From Octopus sinensis (taxonomy: Eukaryota): a DNA stretch of 64,000 nucleotides. The stretch spans positions 55,676,001-55,740,000 of the forward strand of contig NC_043001.1 of the NCBI RefSeq assembly GCF_006345805.1, given 5' to 3'. The position numbers and the translations under genes are program-made. Under the pieces are notes generated by a model, which was not told the origin of the DNA, made no database searches, and saw nothing but the letters and a program-made list of their open reading frames with translations. How positions within the stretch are numbered: position 1 is the first letter of the stretch; each line of letters begins with the position of its first letter. Below, in pieces: positions 12,468 to 25,908 of this stretch.

Positions 12468-15017
12468 TATTCTTTCAACACAAATCTGCTGGTTCCCAAA
12501 TATAAAATTTATTTCAAAGTGCTCATATTTAGATTAAATCTTTCCACCAGAATTTTATTACAAACTTTCCATTAATTTATTTCCAAAGTCTTATAATGAC
12601 ACAGCTTTTCAGTAGTAATTCCTTCCAATTCTTGAATATTTTCAAAATTAAATGAAACATATATGCTGTGTATTTAATTACAAGTATAGCAATGAAAGCA
12701 TTATGACATATAGAGCAATAGCTACAGCTGAGAAAGGGTGAGCATGCGGTTAACTTTGTCCCAGGAATGATTACTCTCTTGATATTTCATAATTGTGTCC
12801 ATCAAGAAAGGAATCTCTTGGGGGCAGTGTGGTCAGTTACTGACAATAGTAACAAAATCTCCCTTGAAATATGCCATCCTAAAAAGGAGAAGGTCAAAGT
12901 GAATAATATAATACAATTCTAGATATGCAAAGCTTAGACTAGGGATCTGCTCATTCAGGGTTCACTTGGTGGGGTTAAACATCAACAATAATAAGCTGCC
13001 CATCTAGGCTGCTGAATCGGAAAGTCTTTTCAAAGTATTCCAGTAATCAAATTTATCTATGCAGAATTTCACTATGTTTACATAACAACAGAAAGTACAT
13101 GGCTTAGTGGTTAGGGTATTCCACTCATAATCGTAAGGTTGGGACTTCAATTCCCAGCGACGTGTTGTGTCCTTGTGCAAGGACATACAAATATCCCTCA
13201 CTTTGCACCCTGCAGTCTTAGAAAAGAACACATCTTATAATACAGTCCTGCATTCTCTGCATATAAGAATGGGATTGTGTTGGTAAGAATGCTCAGATCA
13301 TAGGTCTGCTTCATAAGTGAAGACCTGGGGCTAAACAACAACACATCTAAGTTGGACTAAGTGAAAGCAAATCTGTGATCAAAAACATTCTAGCTATGAC
13401 CATTACATTTTTTTTTCTGAAAATTCAGTATTTGTGACTACATTATCTAATACATCCTTTTCTTAAGATGAAAGAATATGATTTGAAGGAGATTTGACTG
13501 TCATTTCTACCACTCTGAATAACTATATAGTGGTTCTATTTCAAAGTACTAAACAAAGAACATGATTTCTAGTACTTCAAACTTCCACATACCTATTTCT
13601 AACAGTTTGAACTGCCACCTCATGGCTCCCTTGATGGACTCAATAGTACTAAAGTATGTGTGTGTGAGGATAAAATAAATAAAACACATGTGGTGGAAGC
13701 ATGTTCTGTCTTGAATGAAGAAAAGTTGACAAGATATTTTGTTAGTGTCTATAAGGAAATCACTTCCATAATGTAATTTCTGCTAAGAAAGGAGGAAGTA
13801 GAAGGAAAGACCCAGAGGCAGAGGCAGTAAATGTTCACCTATGACCTTTCATTTTCAGTAGAAATTTGTTCACAATAACAAAAATTCTGCAGTCACTCTG
13901 ATTGCATTCATCCATAGCTTAGCTTGGCTCCAGGCTCTTTTAAAACTAAGCAATGTGAACAGACAACGTACCACCTTCCCCATTACCTTAAAGAATAGCA
14001 AGAAGGAAGACAAGCCAACAAAGAAGCCACCATGAAGTTGCCCAACATGCTAAAAATAGCAACTAAATTTCCTTCACAAAAAAAATAAAAAATAAGAGAC
14101 ATTAGAACACATTGGCTCAATTCCACTCAATTTATTGAATATTCAATTTTTGTCTTTGTTTTTATCAAAGCTCTTTCGTTGCTGTTTGCAACCTTCTCGT
14201 GACTATCAACTCAATCCCTTATAGAGGGTACTTTTATTTGTCTGTTTGAGATTTTGTTGCATGTGTAACAAACGTGTTGTCTTTAACAGACTGAGTCGAT
14301 AGTCACTGAGAAGATTACAAAAAGCAAAGAAAGAGTTTTGACAAACAAGAACAAAACAATTGGATATTCAATGAGTGGAATTGACTCGGTGTGTGTGTGT
14401 TAATTATATAGACACAATAACTCTCCCTAGATACAATAAAATTTGTTTCAAATCCTGAATTCACATAAAGAATCTTGCAAACCAAATACAAAAATGAAAA
14501 CACAACAGATACATACTGGTGGGGGGGGGGCGGAGAGAGACAAAAATTATGGTTAGAATGCTTTTACTTACTCATAGGCTTTGCTGGCTTAGAGCTGACC
14601 CAACAAGGTAGAGAGAGATACCTGGCACACACATTAGAGTAAGCAGACACAGTAGATAGTGATGCAGTTACTTTATAAGGAAAATTTAAAAAGTTGTAGT
14701 ATGTTAGGGTAGAATAGGAAGGGATGTAATGTGGTGGAGTGTGTGAATTGTTGAAAGGAAGATTCTGGGTGGGAGGCAATATGTGGTGTAGTAACTTTGT
14801 GCACAAACACATGCACACACAAATATAGGCAAGGTAGGAGCAGTACTTGTAATTTATCCTTGTTATGTAACCCTCTCTGTTGTTCTTGTTGCAAATATGA
14901 GAAATCACTAGATCACAAACCTCTACATTCTGGATTCAAATCCTACCAAGGTTAAACTCTGACATTCATCCTTCTGAAGTTGATAAAATAAGTACCAATC
15001 AGGTTCTAAAATCAATG

Positions 15018-16002
15018 TATGAAAGTGGGTTGAAAAAAGCTCATATGCTGACTATGAAGGAGTGATGCTAGAGCTGTGAAATACTGCATACATTAATTTC
15101 AACTGCATCATTTCTTTCCAGGAAAACTGACATCTGACTGTTCAAAGAACACTTCATAAGTAACTAGTAGTGACTTCTCTTGAAAATGAACAAAATTTGA
15201 CATTATGATGTTATTAAGTACCTACAGAAACAGCCTTACCACAAGGACATTCATATTGACATGACTGCTACCTTAGGGGATGATGCCCCAGCTTTATCAA
15301 CATTGCAAAAATGGGCAGCTGAATTTAGGAAAGGAACAGAGAGTCTTTAAGATGACATAAGAGCCAGACATCCTGCAACTACCACCACTAAAGAAAACAT
15401 TGATTGTGTTCACCATATGATGATGGATGAAAGACAATTGACTAGAAATCAAATAGTCACTGGTGTTAGCATACATATACTGTGAGAGAGTTGAGAATAT
15501 TTTGTATAATGAACTTGGCATGACGAACATTTCTGGTCAGTGGATGCCACATCTTCTGACACCTTATCTTGCTGAAGTAGTTATGAAGGGCTATCAAGAC
15601 CACACACCCAGGAAAACTGACAAAAGGAGTCTTGCTTCATTAGGACAAGGCTACAGCATGCAAGTCCTTGGTTTCAACGGCTGGTGAGTGTGACTGTGGC
15701 TTTGAACTGGTTGATCACTGTCCCTATTCTTCTAATTTGGCCCAATCTGACTCTCATCTGTTCCCTAACATGAAAAACACTTGGCTGGGAACCAGTACTG
15801 CAGGGATGATGATGTCATATCTGTTGATTTTTTTTTTATCAACCAGATGAAAGCTTCTTCACCAATGAGATCCAAGGACTACAACACAGATGGAAGAAGT
15901 GTGTGGGCTGCAAGGGGGATTATGTTGAAAACTAAACCTCATTTGGTCACATCCCATGAGAGTATCCTGGTCAGCCTATAAACTTTTCAGCTGACCTTTG
16001 TA
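15018..16002 (+). mobile_element. Decayed, internally deleted mariner element inserted at a TA inside an S2 SINE
   Basis: Imperfect TIRs (tatgaaagtgggttgaaaaaagctcatatgctgac / gtcagcctataaacttttcagctgacctttgta). Transposase remnants LSTLQKWAAEFRKG, WMPHLLT (WVPHEL) and PYSSNLAQSD (YSPDLAPxD). The SINE resumes on both sides. Confidence 0.9.
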
Positions 16003-16359
16003 ATAGATTATTCCTTCCCTCTGGCCTTGTACCCAAACTCATTCAAGAGTTAGAAAAAAAGGTTTGCAGCATTTGTTACAGCTCTTTACTTTCTGGCTTC
16101 AAACCCTACAGAGGCTGTCATCCTTTCAGTGTGAATAAACTAAAAACTAATCAAGTAGAGGGGTTGGTGGTACCAACACAAATCCCTTCCCCTTAAAATT
16201 ACTAGCCTTAGCCCTACATCAGAAACCTTAATAAAGTGGTGGATTGGCAGATTATTAGTGCCACACAAATGCCTCGTAGTTTTTTTTTTGTTTTGAACCA
16301 AATTCTCACTAAGCTACACTTTACTTTTCCATCCTCCAGGGTTGATAACATTATGTAAC

Positions 16360-16762
16360 ACAATTTTTGTCTTTGAGTAGCAGTTGTCATTTCCTATTTG
16401 CTTACCCCTAGAAAGTATGAAAAAGAGTTAACAGTTCCTTCAAACTTTACTTTCTTCAAATTTGTCTCCACTTGGACAGCTAGAAGTAAAAAGCTGAACT
16501 GTTGAGCTTATGATTTCTGTATTTATACTGCCATTTATGTTGCCAGAATGTTCTAGAAATTCTTGAAACTTTTAGAAAGTTTTAGAAAATTCTGCTTCAG
16601 CAACTCAGCACAAAATTTGTTTGAAATGTAATGGAAAATAGGTAAATTTGAAAACATTGATGTCCAAGTTACAAAAGCAAAGTTTGAAGGGAATAGTAGT
16701 CATTTCCTTTGATTTCTAGATAGAAGGAAAGAGGAAATAACACTTACCAAAGACAAAATAAT
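16360..16762. mobile_element. Long-TIR MITE splitting an S2-like SINE
   Basis: The left arm (ttttgtctttg...ctagaaa...ttccttcaaactttactt) mirrors the right arm (aaagcaaagtttgaaggga...tttctag...ccaaagacaaaa). SINE halves lie at about 16230-16350 and 16790-16873. Confidence 0.65.
16546..16592. promoter_or_regulatory. Heat-shock-element-like nGAAn/nTTCn array
   Basis: GAAtgTTCtaGAAaTTCttGAAacTTTtaGAAagTTTtaGAAaaTTC: 10 alternating units, 8 perfect, one 1-nt register slip. Function untested. Confidence 0.4.
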
Positions 16763-17205
16763 AATAATAATAATAAATACAGTGTAATTTAAAGTACCAG
16801 TTAAGTACTGAGGGTGAGATATAACTGACTGTTCCCCATCACCAAATTTTTGTCTTTGTGCTTATGTTAGAAAACATCATCATCATTATTATTTTAGAAA
16901 TTGTTAATATTATTTTAGAAACCTTACCCGTCAAATATTGAGATTGATATATAAGCAAGTTCCTATTCAAATTGTTCATGCATGATTAAAAATCATTAAT
17001 ATTATTATTGTTGTTGCTGTTGTTGTTATCATCATTATCCTCATCATCATCATCAAACCTCACCTCATTGTTCTAGTTATTGTTAAGTTCCAGGTCATAT
17101 CGAATTGTACAGACCTATGATCAAGGATATCTCACCTTCCTTTAGAATCATCCAACATTTTTGAAAGGAACTAAGAATATATTATCCAATATCTCCTCAC
17201 ATCTT

Positions 17206-17413
17206 AAGGCAGTGAGCTGGCAGAATCATTAGCAAGATAGGTAAAATGCTTAGTTACATTTCAGCCATCTTTACATTCTGAGTTCAAATTCTACCAAGGT
17301 TGGCTTTGTCTTTCATCCTTTCAGGATCAATAAAATAAGTACCAGTTGAGCACAGGAGTTAAGGTAATCAATCCCCTGCAGTTGCTTGCCTTATGCCCAA
17401 CTTTGAAGCCAAT
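17206..17413 (+). mobile_element. SINE family S2, full length
   Basis: aaggcagtgagctggcagaatcattagc ... ctgagttcaaattct ... tttgaagccaat. Confidence 0.85.
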
Positions 17414-18574
17414 ATATCCAAACATTTTTTCCCCACACCCTGAGTCAGGAGGGTGTGTGCAATTTTTAGGCCGTTAGGTTTCTATTTCCAACAAAATGTA
17501 TGATTATTTTTTTGTCAATCCTATCATTTTACTCCATGTAATCCCTCATCACACAGTTTTTTTTTTATTTTTGTTTTTTATTTCATCTTTGTACTAAAAC
17601 CCTACAGAAGTATCTAGGGGCTCTGTGTGCCCGAGAAAAGAAGTTGTTATTATTTATTTTAATTTGGTTTTGATAAAGAACCAAATAGATTGGTCTGGAA
17701 TTTTGAGTCCCCACTCCCAGACCCAAAACAGACAGTTGTTTCCTGTTCCTCAGATGGACTGAGAGATTTTGCAGGCCAGGTTTGGTTAATTAAAATGTAA
17801 GCAACTTGTCATTAATGAAATATACCAGTCTGCAAAGGAAGAAGTTAGTTAAGCAGGGATGGTGATGATGAAGGTGGTGGTGGTGGTACTATCAGGGTGG
17901 GGGAAGGGAGGGAGGGAGACAGGCAGACAGATAGACAAACAGAAAGACAGCAAAAAAGTTGGATGTAGATGAGTTTGGGCAGCAGGCATTGTCGATGGAT
18001 AGAAGCGGGGGTGGGGGTTAGAAGAGAGAGGCAGCATATAAAGAACTGGTAGAATATTTGTGAAGAAAAGGGGAGACATGATACAAAAAAACGATTTTTA
18101 AAAAAACAGGGAAAAACTGCACTCTATGTACTACCACCTATATTTCTTAACATTGTTAAGATGGATGAGGATGGATGGGACAGACCAGGGACAAAGAAAA
18201 AAGTTAGAGAAATATGCATGGAGAAATGTTAACTTTCTGAAAAGCTTGTTTCAAATAAAAGCCTTCAAGCAAACATAGTCTTTACTAAATCTAAAAACAG
18301 TTTGGGAATGTTAGGGCATAAAAAAAACCCCACAGTAATGCAAGAAAAACTGTATAAAGTATAATCTTTATAGTTTAAGTAAAAATGATAGAACAAAATG
18401 ATGAACATGACAATAGTGATTGATGAAGATGATGCTGATTATAATGGTGTGATGAATTCCAGGCCTTCTACCTTGCTAAGTATGCTACCTGGTGATGGTA
18501 GTGGTGAAGCTGGTGGTGACAGGCAGTAAACAAAAAAAAAAATTTTTTACTAAAAATACAAATAAGATGATAAA

Positions 18575-18575
18575 A

Positions 18576-18618
<43 letters not shown>

Positions 18619-18655
18619 GGAGGAGGAGGAGGAGGAGGAGGAGGAGGAGGAGGAC
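18575..18655. repeat. (GAT)n-(GAG)n compound trinucleotide repeat
   Basis: Direct inspection. Confidence 0.95.
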
Positions 18656-20416
18656 GGTGATCATAATGACACTGCTGCTGGTAATAATGACAATAATGGT
18701 GTGTTTAGGTTTCAAACTTTTCCTTTAAGCTAAGAATGCCATCTAGTGGCAGCTAAATGATTTTGACTAGTACGCCACTGACCACTCAAGGGATTTTAGT
18801 TGTAACTGTTACTGCTTCATCCCTAGCAGCCCTGACTGCATGAACCAATAATCAAAGGGGTTCCAGCCTTGACCAAGTCATTTTTTGAAAATGTGCATCT
18901 AATGATTATCTAATGATTCCTTCCTATTTTTAGGGAGCAGCACATGATTTGAGTTGGGGCTGCAATTTCTCACTTGTTGAGCAATCAGAAAGTGGATCAC
19001 CTCATTCGTTTGTGAGACCATTTTAGTAGACTAAAAATAAGCCTGAGTGTTGGTTAGGAAGAAAGTGAGTTGTTTAGGAAGTACACTGATTAGTTTCTAA
19101 GTACGGATGTAAACAGTAATGAGGAAACCAAAAATTGGTGCCTAATGAATAAAAGACCTGAAGATATTTCTTCTGCATCAAGTTAAGCAAAATCTTGTCA
19201 TGTTTGGCAATAGAAATGTAGTGAGCCAGTGATTAGCTTGTTCGAAATCTGCAAACAATTATGCTCTTGTTTCAAAGTTGGGATATAAATAAAAATGTCT
19301 GTTGGATCAAGACCAACAACGGTCTAAATAACAACACTGGTATTTTCAACACAAGGGCAAGAAAATTCTATATCTATCACACCCCTCCACACACATACAC
19401 ACATGCATGCACACATACATGAATATTCATTTCATATATATAGAAGCAGAAGTTTCGAAACATCATCAAAAGTAACAATTAGTCATGTTGCACTCACTGT
19501 TAAGAGCTATGTCAGCAATTATCCACAAAATTCATACAATGAAATGTTCTAGGCATAACCAATACATATTTGTTTTCAGACAAAGTATATCTAGGGCTAT
19601 ATTTTTGAGTGTGACATTCTCCTTTTTGAAAATAAGAGAAAGTGGTTTGAGGATCACTTTACAGCTATTGGCTTATAAAGCCTTACTTTTAAGGATCCCG
19701 AAAGTCTTTGAGATAGATTGAAGAACTGTATATGATCAAGTGGAGCTATTCAGGATAGAGTACCAGCTATGACTAACCCATCTGTTATTTGGATACAGGG
19801 TGTCCAAAGCTGTAATGTTGAATGTTTTCTTTCTTTCTTTTCTTTTTTTTTTTAAAACAGCAAGATATATTGAGAGATTCTACCAGAATGAGTGACCCCC
19901 GGTATGGTCTACCTTGTTGGCATGAGCAGCAGTAATAGTAGCACCAGCACCATGATGATGGTAATAGAAGAGAGGGATTAGCGATAGTAATAGGATAGTT
20001 GGTAACTTTGGTGGTGATAATAGTAGTTATAGTACCGGCAACTGGAGGGTAATGCTTGTGGTAGTAATTATATAGTTGTGACTATGAAGTATACCCTCTG
20101 CCCTATAGCATTTGAAGGTCACTTTGACCTTCATTTGAAAGGAATTCTCAAAGCAATGAAAATCTCAACCATGTTTGACTGACATTCCCATCTGTTAAAA
20201 TGTTATTCATTTTTATAATGGCTTTTCTTGACAATGTTGTTCTCTAGACTAGCTTAATAGTATGCAGTAATCAAACAGCTTGATATTCAACATGGTATCA
20301 TAGTATTGGATGTTGTATTCTCTTATGACATGCTGCCATAACATGTATCATATAAATTCTATCATTATTTGAAACAGTACAATCACTTGCTATATATATA
20401 TATATATATATATATA

Positions 20417-20672
20417 TGTAAAATTATATACCGCAGTATATCTAATGTGTTTTCTAACACAGCCAAAATGAGACAAGGCCTGAGTCACCAAAGTTTAATA
20501 AGGAACTTTGAGCAATGTTCTACAGTGGCTATATTGCAATATATAGTGAAAGAAACCTATACTGCACAGCATCTGTCACAATATTCTGCGATATATTATA
20601 AGACGAAGAAAAACTAGAGAGCACTGCAATTTTTTAGCTTTATCACGAAATATTCTGTGGCATATTTTAACA
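20417..20672. mobile_element. Putative MITE with TGT...ACA termini
   Basis: tgtaaaattatataccgcagtatat versus the reverse complement of the right end, tgttaaaatatgccacagaatat. Confidence 0.45.
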
Positions 20673-20979
20673 GGACTCCATGTTTTCTTTGTAACAATGT
20701 AGTTTAGTATAACCAAAAGAACACTTTTGACATATGATTTGGCAAACATTGATATTAATCATGGCAATTAGTATACTCCGCTGAGGTTAACATGGAGTAG
20801 CCGGAGATAGTGGGGGGGCTCAAATGTGGTTTTCCCATAAAAATGGTAGACAGAAACAGCACCACGTTTAAAATGCTGGCTTGGTGATTGCTTAAGAGCT
20901 GATAAAATGAAGCCTTCTGTTTCTGATTAAGTCCATGTTCATGTCTTGATAGTTGCTGAAAGTTGCAAGGTGACAAAAT

Positions 20980-21125
20980 ACTGAGCAGTATTTCTATCGG
21001 TCTTTACGTTCTGAGTTCAAATTCCGCCAAGGCCAACTTTACCTTTCATCCTTTCGCGGGGTCAATAAAATAAGTATCAGGGGCCGATGTAATTGACTTA
21101 CCTAGTGCCAAAATTTGAAATCAGT
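20980..21125 (+). mobile_element. SINE family S2, partial
   Basis: ctttacgttctgagttcaaattccgccaagg ... gtgccaaaatttgaaa. Confidence 0.8.
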
Positions 21126-21904
21126 ATATAAAATGAATAAATAAACTGAATTCTATATTAAAGTGCAATCATCTGTTTCTATATTTAAGCAAATATTGAA
21201 AACATCAACTGCAGCACAATATTGTATTTGTATTCCTTGGGCAGAACCCAGTACTTTCTGGTAGGATCACTGAGTTTTGGTTGGCGAAAGAGAGGAAGAA
21301 ACCATAACTTATGGAATATGAGGATTTGTTCGAAAGCTTATAAGAGAATGGACTCTGCTAAATGCACTCGAGAGGCAGGTGGTAGTGCTAACGATGGAGA
21401 CAGTTTACCACCTTTCTTTCTTTCTTTCTTTTTTAGTGTGTTCACAGAGAGATGGTGGGATTGCAATGTCAATGTACTTTTTCAGCCCCTTAAATGTAGC
21501 CAATACCAAAAGGAGGAAAAAGAGAGGAGAAAATGGCTCAGTACTTGGATCTGTATTTTGTTTATCCACAGCAAAAAGGAGGAAATGGAAAGACACCTTA
21601 GGCAAGATTTACCACCCAAGAATAGGTATGGTCTTCTTCAGTTTTTTCCAAGTGAATCTCATTAATAATTACAAGAGTTGATCAAAGGCTATGGTAGATA
21701 ACATATGCTGGAGATTTGAGCAACATAATCGAATCCAGAACTATGTGGACTGTATAGTAAACTACAATTATAACTCCAACCACATTAACATCAATTTATG
21801 ATCAGCTGGGGAAGCATCTGTGGTCACTGAACTTGCCAGAAACAACAGCCACATCTCCCTCAAACCACACTCTACACACTGCTGTCTTTAGTTGGGAGGA
21901 CATG

Positions 21905-22085
21905 CTGGCCTATCAGTGCTGGTGCTATATGAAAAGCACCTGGTCCACTCTGTAAAGTGGTTGGCATTAGGAAGGGCATCCAGCTGTAAAAGTTATGCCT
22001 AAACAGACAATGGAGCTTGGTGCTGTTCTCTGGCTTGCCAGCTCCTGTCAAGTCATTCAACCCATGCCAGCATGGAAAATGGACA

Positions 22086-22117
<32 letters not shown>
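21905..22117 (+). mobile_element. SINE family S4 with (GAT)n tail
   Basis: gtggttggcattaggaagggcatccagctgta ... ccatgccagcatggaaaatggac + (gat)n. Copies at 27112-27380 (-), 45245-45620 (-) and 51300-51565 (+). Related tails at 11440, 48150 and 63320. Confidence 0.8.
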
Positions 22118-22118
<1 letters not shown>

Positions 22119-24050
22119 TTGAGAGGAAAAAGTAATAATGACTGGACTGATTTTAATATTAGGTCAACTTGATAGGAGCTAACTTGAGGCTAAGCAACAG
22201 CAACATGTATTTCTGCCATGTAAAATGCATACAGATGAATATAAATAAGAATCTCCTTCCTGCAACAGAATTCACCCACAATGCAACATTCTCACTACAT
22301 TTCATTATTGTTCTTTGTAGTTTTGTCTTGCAGTAAAAATAAGATTGCTATCTTGCTAATCTTGTTTTGTTTTTTGCTTTTCTTCTTATTTTTAACGCAT
22401 TTTTTAATTCATATATGGAAATAAACAATATTGATTTTAATCAATAATTAATGATTGAAATCTATGTAACTTTTGCTTCATCATCTTGACAATGGGGGTT
22501 GTAAGTATTTCAATAGACCTGCCATAGCATTACACATGGGCTAAAAATTTCAATATGAAGAAAAAAAATGATGATGATGATGAGGATGATGATGGTGGTG
22601 ACAATAGTTACAAGAAGGAAAATAAAAGTAATAATAATAAAGATGATAATAATGATAAAAATAATAATAATGATGATGATGACTTTAAAATTTTTTGTCC
22701 TTTTTATTGTTTTTGTTGGTTTTATTTCTTGCTTTCTTTTTTCCGGTGAAAGCTAAGTTAAAGAGAAGAGAAAGAAGAGGAAGAGAAAACAGAATAAAGA
22801 TCAGATTTTTTCTTTCTTTTTCCTTTCCACAAGTTTTTGTTTCATTATGCCTCTCTCCCTTCCACTACCACCTTCTTAGTTTTTTTCTTTTTTAAACTTT
22901 TGGTTTCTTCTCTTAAAATAAATCTTAAAAAGAATATTTTTAATGGCTGTCAGAAATAAAGAGTGGGAAATGTCCTATTAAGTATAAAGAATATATTTAA
23001 AAATAAAAGTAAAAAGAAAACAAAATAATGATAAAATTCAGTGATAAAATGGACAATTTTTAAACTAATGGAAGCTACACCATTTTTTTTTTTTTAAGAA
23101 TATAATGCTATAAAACATGCTGCCAGGGAAATAAATGTTTCCTTTTGAATGGGCTGGGTGGAGCATTGTGTTCTGGTACAAGAGCTTCACATGTAATTTC
23201 AGTATAACATTTGAGTTATGTCTCTTTGCCTTTTTTGTTTTTTAAATTAGTATAGAAATATTAATGGTTATATTGAAAAATAAAATAAAATAAAACAGAA
23301 AATAGTTATAGTTAATCCTTTTATCAGCCACAAGAGGTCTTCACAAAACTGGTGCTTGACCTTAATTTCAGTTGAGTAAAATGGATAAGAGCTAAATCAC
23401 TCCTTTATTACAAGTAACTTTGCAAGCTAAGCAAGAATTTCTAGCACAAATTCCACCAATTCTTTCACAAGGGAATTTCCAACTAGGTCACATTTCATTA
23501 CCGTTAGTTGTTAATTCTACCCTAGCCATCTACCAATACCTAATGAGTATCAATACACAAGTTACCAATTTTTAGCCAGACAGTGATTCTGTCAGATTTA
23601 GCTGCTGGTTGAAATACACACAACAATCTTCATGCCACAGTCTAAACTGCAACAATTAGCTACAAAATCTCCTTTAAAGTTTCACCCAATCATCATAAAA
23701 ATGGATGAATATATTAGATAAGTAAGCCTTGAATATTAGCATGATAGAAAAGATGAGATAGGTACAGTTGGTATTTGAATGATGATAATTCAACAATAAT
23801 AAGTGCAAATTTTCAATTAGATATTGATCCATTGTAGCTAGTTCCAATTTTTCCGCAGCTAGACAGTAACTTATTATAGCGAGATTGACAAAGGCCATAT
23901 ATTAAGTGCACTGACTGGAGATACTGGACATGCATATACTTTTCTATCAGATCAATTTCTATAACCTAGTAGTTCGTAGTCACTCATGCTAAAATGTTAA
24001 AGTAGGTCACTTTCCTGGTCTGATTAGTATGTATTACAAAGATATATATA

Positions 24051-24085
<35 letters not shown>

Positions 24086-25295
24086 CATACATACATAGAC
24101 ATGTATTGCAAATACATACACACACGCACTTGTATTACAAACATATATATATATATATATGCACTCATGTATTACATATATGTACACACACACACATACA
24201 TGTGATAGCTGTCAACCCATCAAATGAGTATGGCCATGGATGATTAAGCGTATCACAACATTACAAGATGAGAGAACATATCCTACCAACGACTTACAGA
24301 ACTTGTTGCAGATTTGACATTCATACAAATTCTTCTGACTTCTTGGTTGTTCCAGATCATTCTGATGATGTTTTTTTTCCCCCTGTGTACCTCATGTGCC
24401 TAAATAAACCTAAGCAATTTATACATGTTTTCATACAGACACACAGACCGACACACACACACACAAACCTACACATACACAAATTTATAGATAAACAGTT
24501 AACGGTTTACACGGCTATTACTCAAAGTCTTATAAAGAAGAAAGCATATGTCTAATAAATCAGATGTCCACGAGAAGCAAAGCCTTGACCGCATTCTACT
24601 TGAAAGGTACCTAGTGAGCTAACTTGTCATTGGATGTGCTGCGTCATGTGATGAAAAATATGACAAGATTACTGCAAACATTACTGTGAAGCATTATAAA
24701 ATTGTGGAGGCACTATTAGGGTGTAGGGTAAGAAACTTAGTTGAGATTAACTTTCATTGATAAAAGAGTCAACTTCTTGATTTTTCAATGTTATTATTTT
24801 CCAAGTCAGTCAGAACTGACCCGAGACAAAAGAACCTCAGTGACAACAATTATAGATTATTTTGAATTTTCTACTGAGGAATGTCACAGGTTGCTCTAGG
24901 ATATGCAATTTTTTGAATTGGGAAACAAGTTATAATGTAATCCACTGAGGTGAGTTACATAATTACACCAGGTTATAGTGGAACGGTGGGGGCAGCCACA
25001 GCCTTGACTCCTAAATAAGCCAGAACAAGGATATAAAGTTTATCCTGTCCCTGATCATAAAGGACAGCAGATGTTGCTTATACTGTCTTTTGAAGTTACT
25101 CTCATTAAGCCTGATATATTATCTCACAATACTATCTAGTAGAACAGGTGTAGTTCACTATACCATGGCCTTAAAAAGGCAAAATCCCTTTAGTGAGGAA
25201 GTGGCTTAATTTCAACTAATGTAGGTTGTTTGCAGGAGTGGATGCAGTGTATATGCAGGTTTTGGTTGTTGTGTTTAATCTGGAAGCAATGTTAT

Positions 25296-25556
25296 CTAGG
25301 CAACAATAGCTAATCTTAACAATATGTGTTTACAATATTTATGAGGGGTCACAAAGTGGTACCTTTCAATAGATACAAAGTTCCTAATGGTATTTGAAGT
25401 GATATCTAAATTGAGGGATAGATTAAACCAGATTACTTTCTGTTTCCTAATTTTTTTCAGGTGTGGAATGAATAAGGAATTCTCCAGATATATTAACTTC
25501 CCTCTGAAGTCACTCATGGTTAGAGTCTCATTAAAGTAGAAAGCTGTTGTTTGCAA
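25296..25556 (-). mobile_element. Degraded Penelope-like retroelement fragment (RT to GIY-YIG linker region)
   Basis: KIRKQKVIWFNLSLNLDITSNTIRNFVSIERYHFVTPHKYCK resembles the PLE motif RKRKIIWFNPPxSxNVxTNxxxxFLxLIDKHFPxxHKLxK. Confidence 0.62.
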
Positions 25557-25780
25557 CTAGACTCTTAGTTATAACAAAGAGTAACTGGAATGCTTATACA
25601 TAAATATAGTGTTCACTTGTCTTAAAAGTTTAATGTAATGCTCAGGAAATTAACAACAGCTATGCTAGCACGGAAAGCTGTAGTTAAAACAAACTCTTTG
25701 AATATGCCTATTAGATGCTTTCTAAACATATATCCACTTGTAACCTTTTTGTGTGAAATTGCCAAGCCACCAATTCAGTG

Positions 25781-25908
25781 CAGACCTAAGATGTAAGGAG
25801 AGGCTGCTTTCTAAAGGTGTCAAGAATAAACAATTCTTCAAGGTCAGACCAAACATGTAAGGAGAGGTTGCTTTCTAAAGATGTCGAGAATAAACAATTC
25901 CTCAAAGC
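25781..25908. repeat. Diverged 64-bp tandem duplication
   Basis: cagacctaagatgtaaggagaggctgctttctaaaggtgtcaagaataaacaattc... repeats at 25845. Confidence 0.9.

Noticed and set aside
14572-14621. Candidate second exon on the minus strand with a GTAAGT donor
   Set aside because: The acceptor lacks a polypyrimidine tract and the phase-1 frame ends in TGA at the donor.
18485-18728. Poly-Met/poly-Arg and poly-Leu/Ile ORFs
   Set aside because: Read-through of (GAT)n(GAG)n with no splice or domain support.
21222-21665. 147-aa ORF
   Set aside because: Non-ATG start, crosses a (CTTT)n run, no recognisable motif or exon boundaries.
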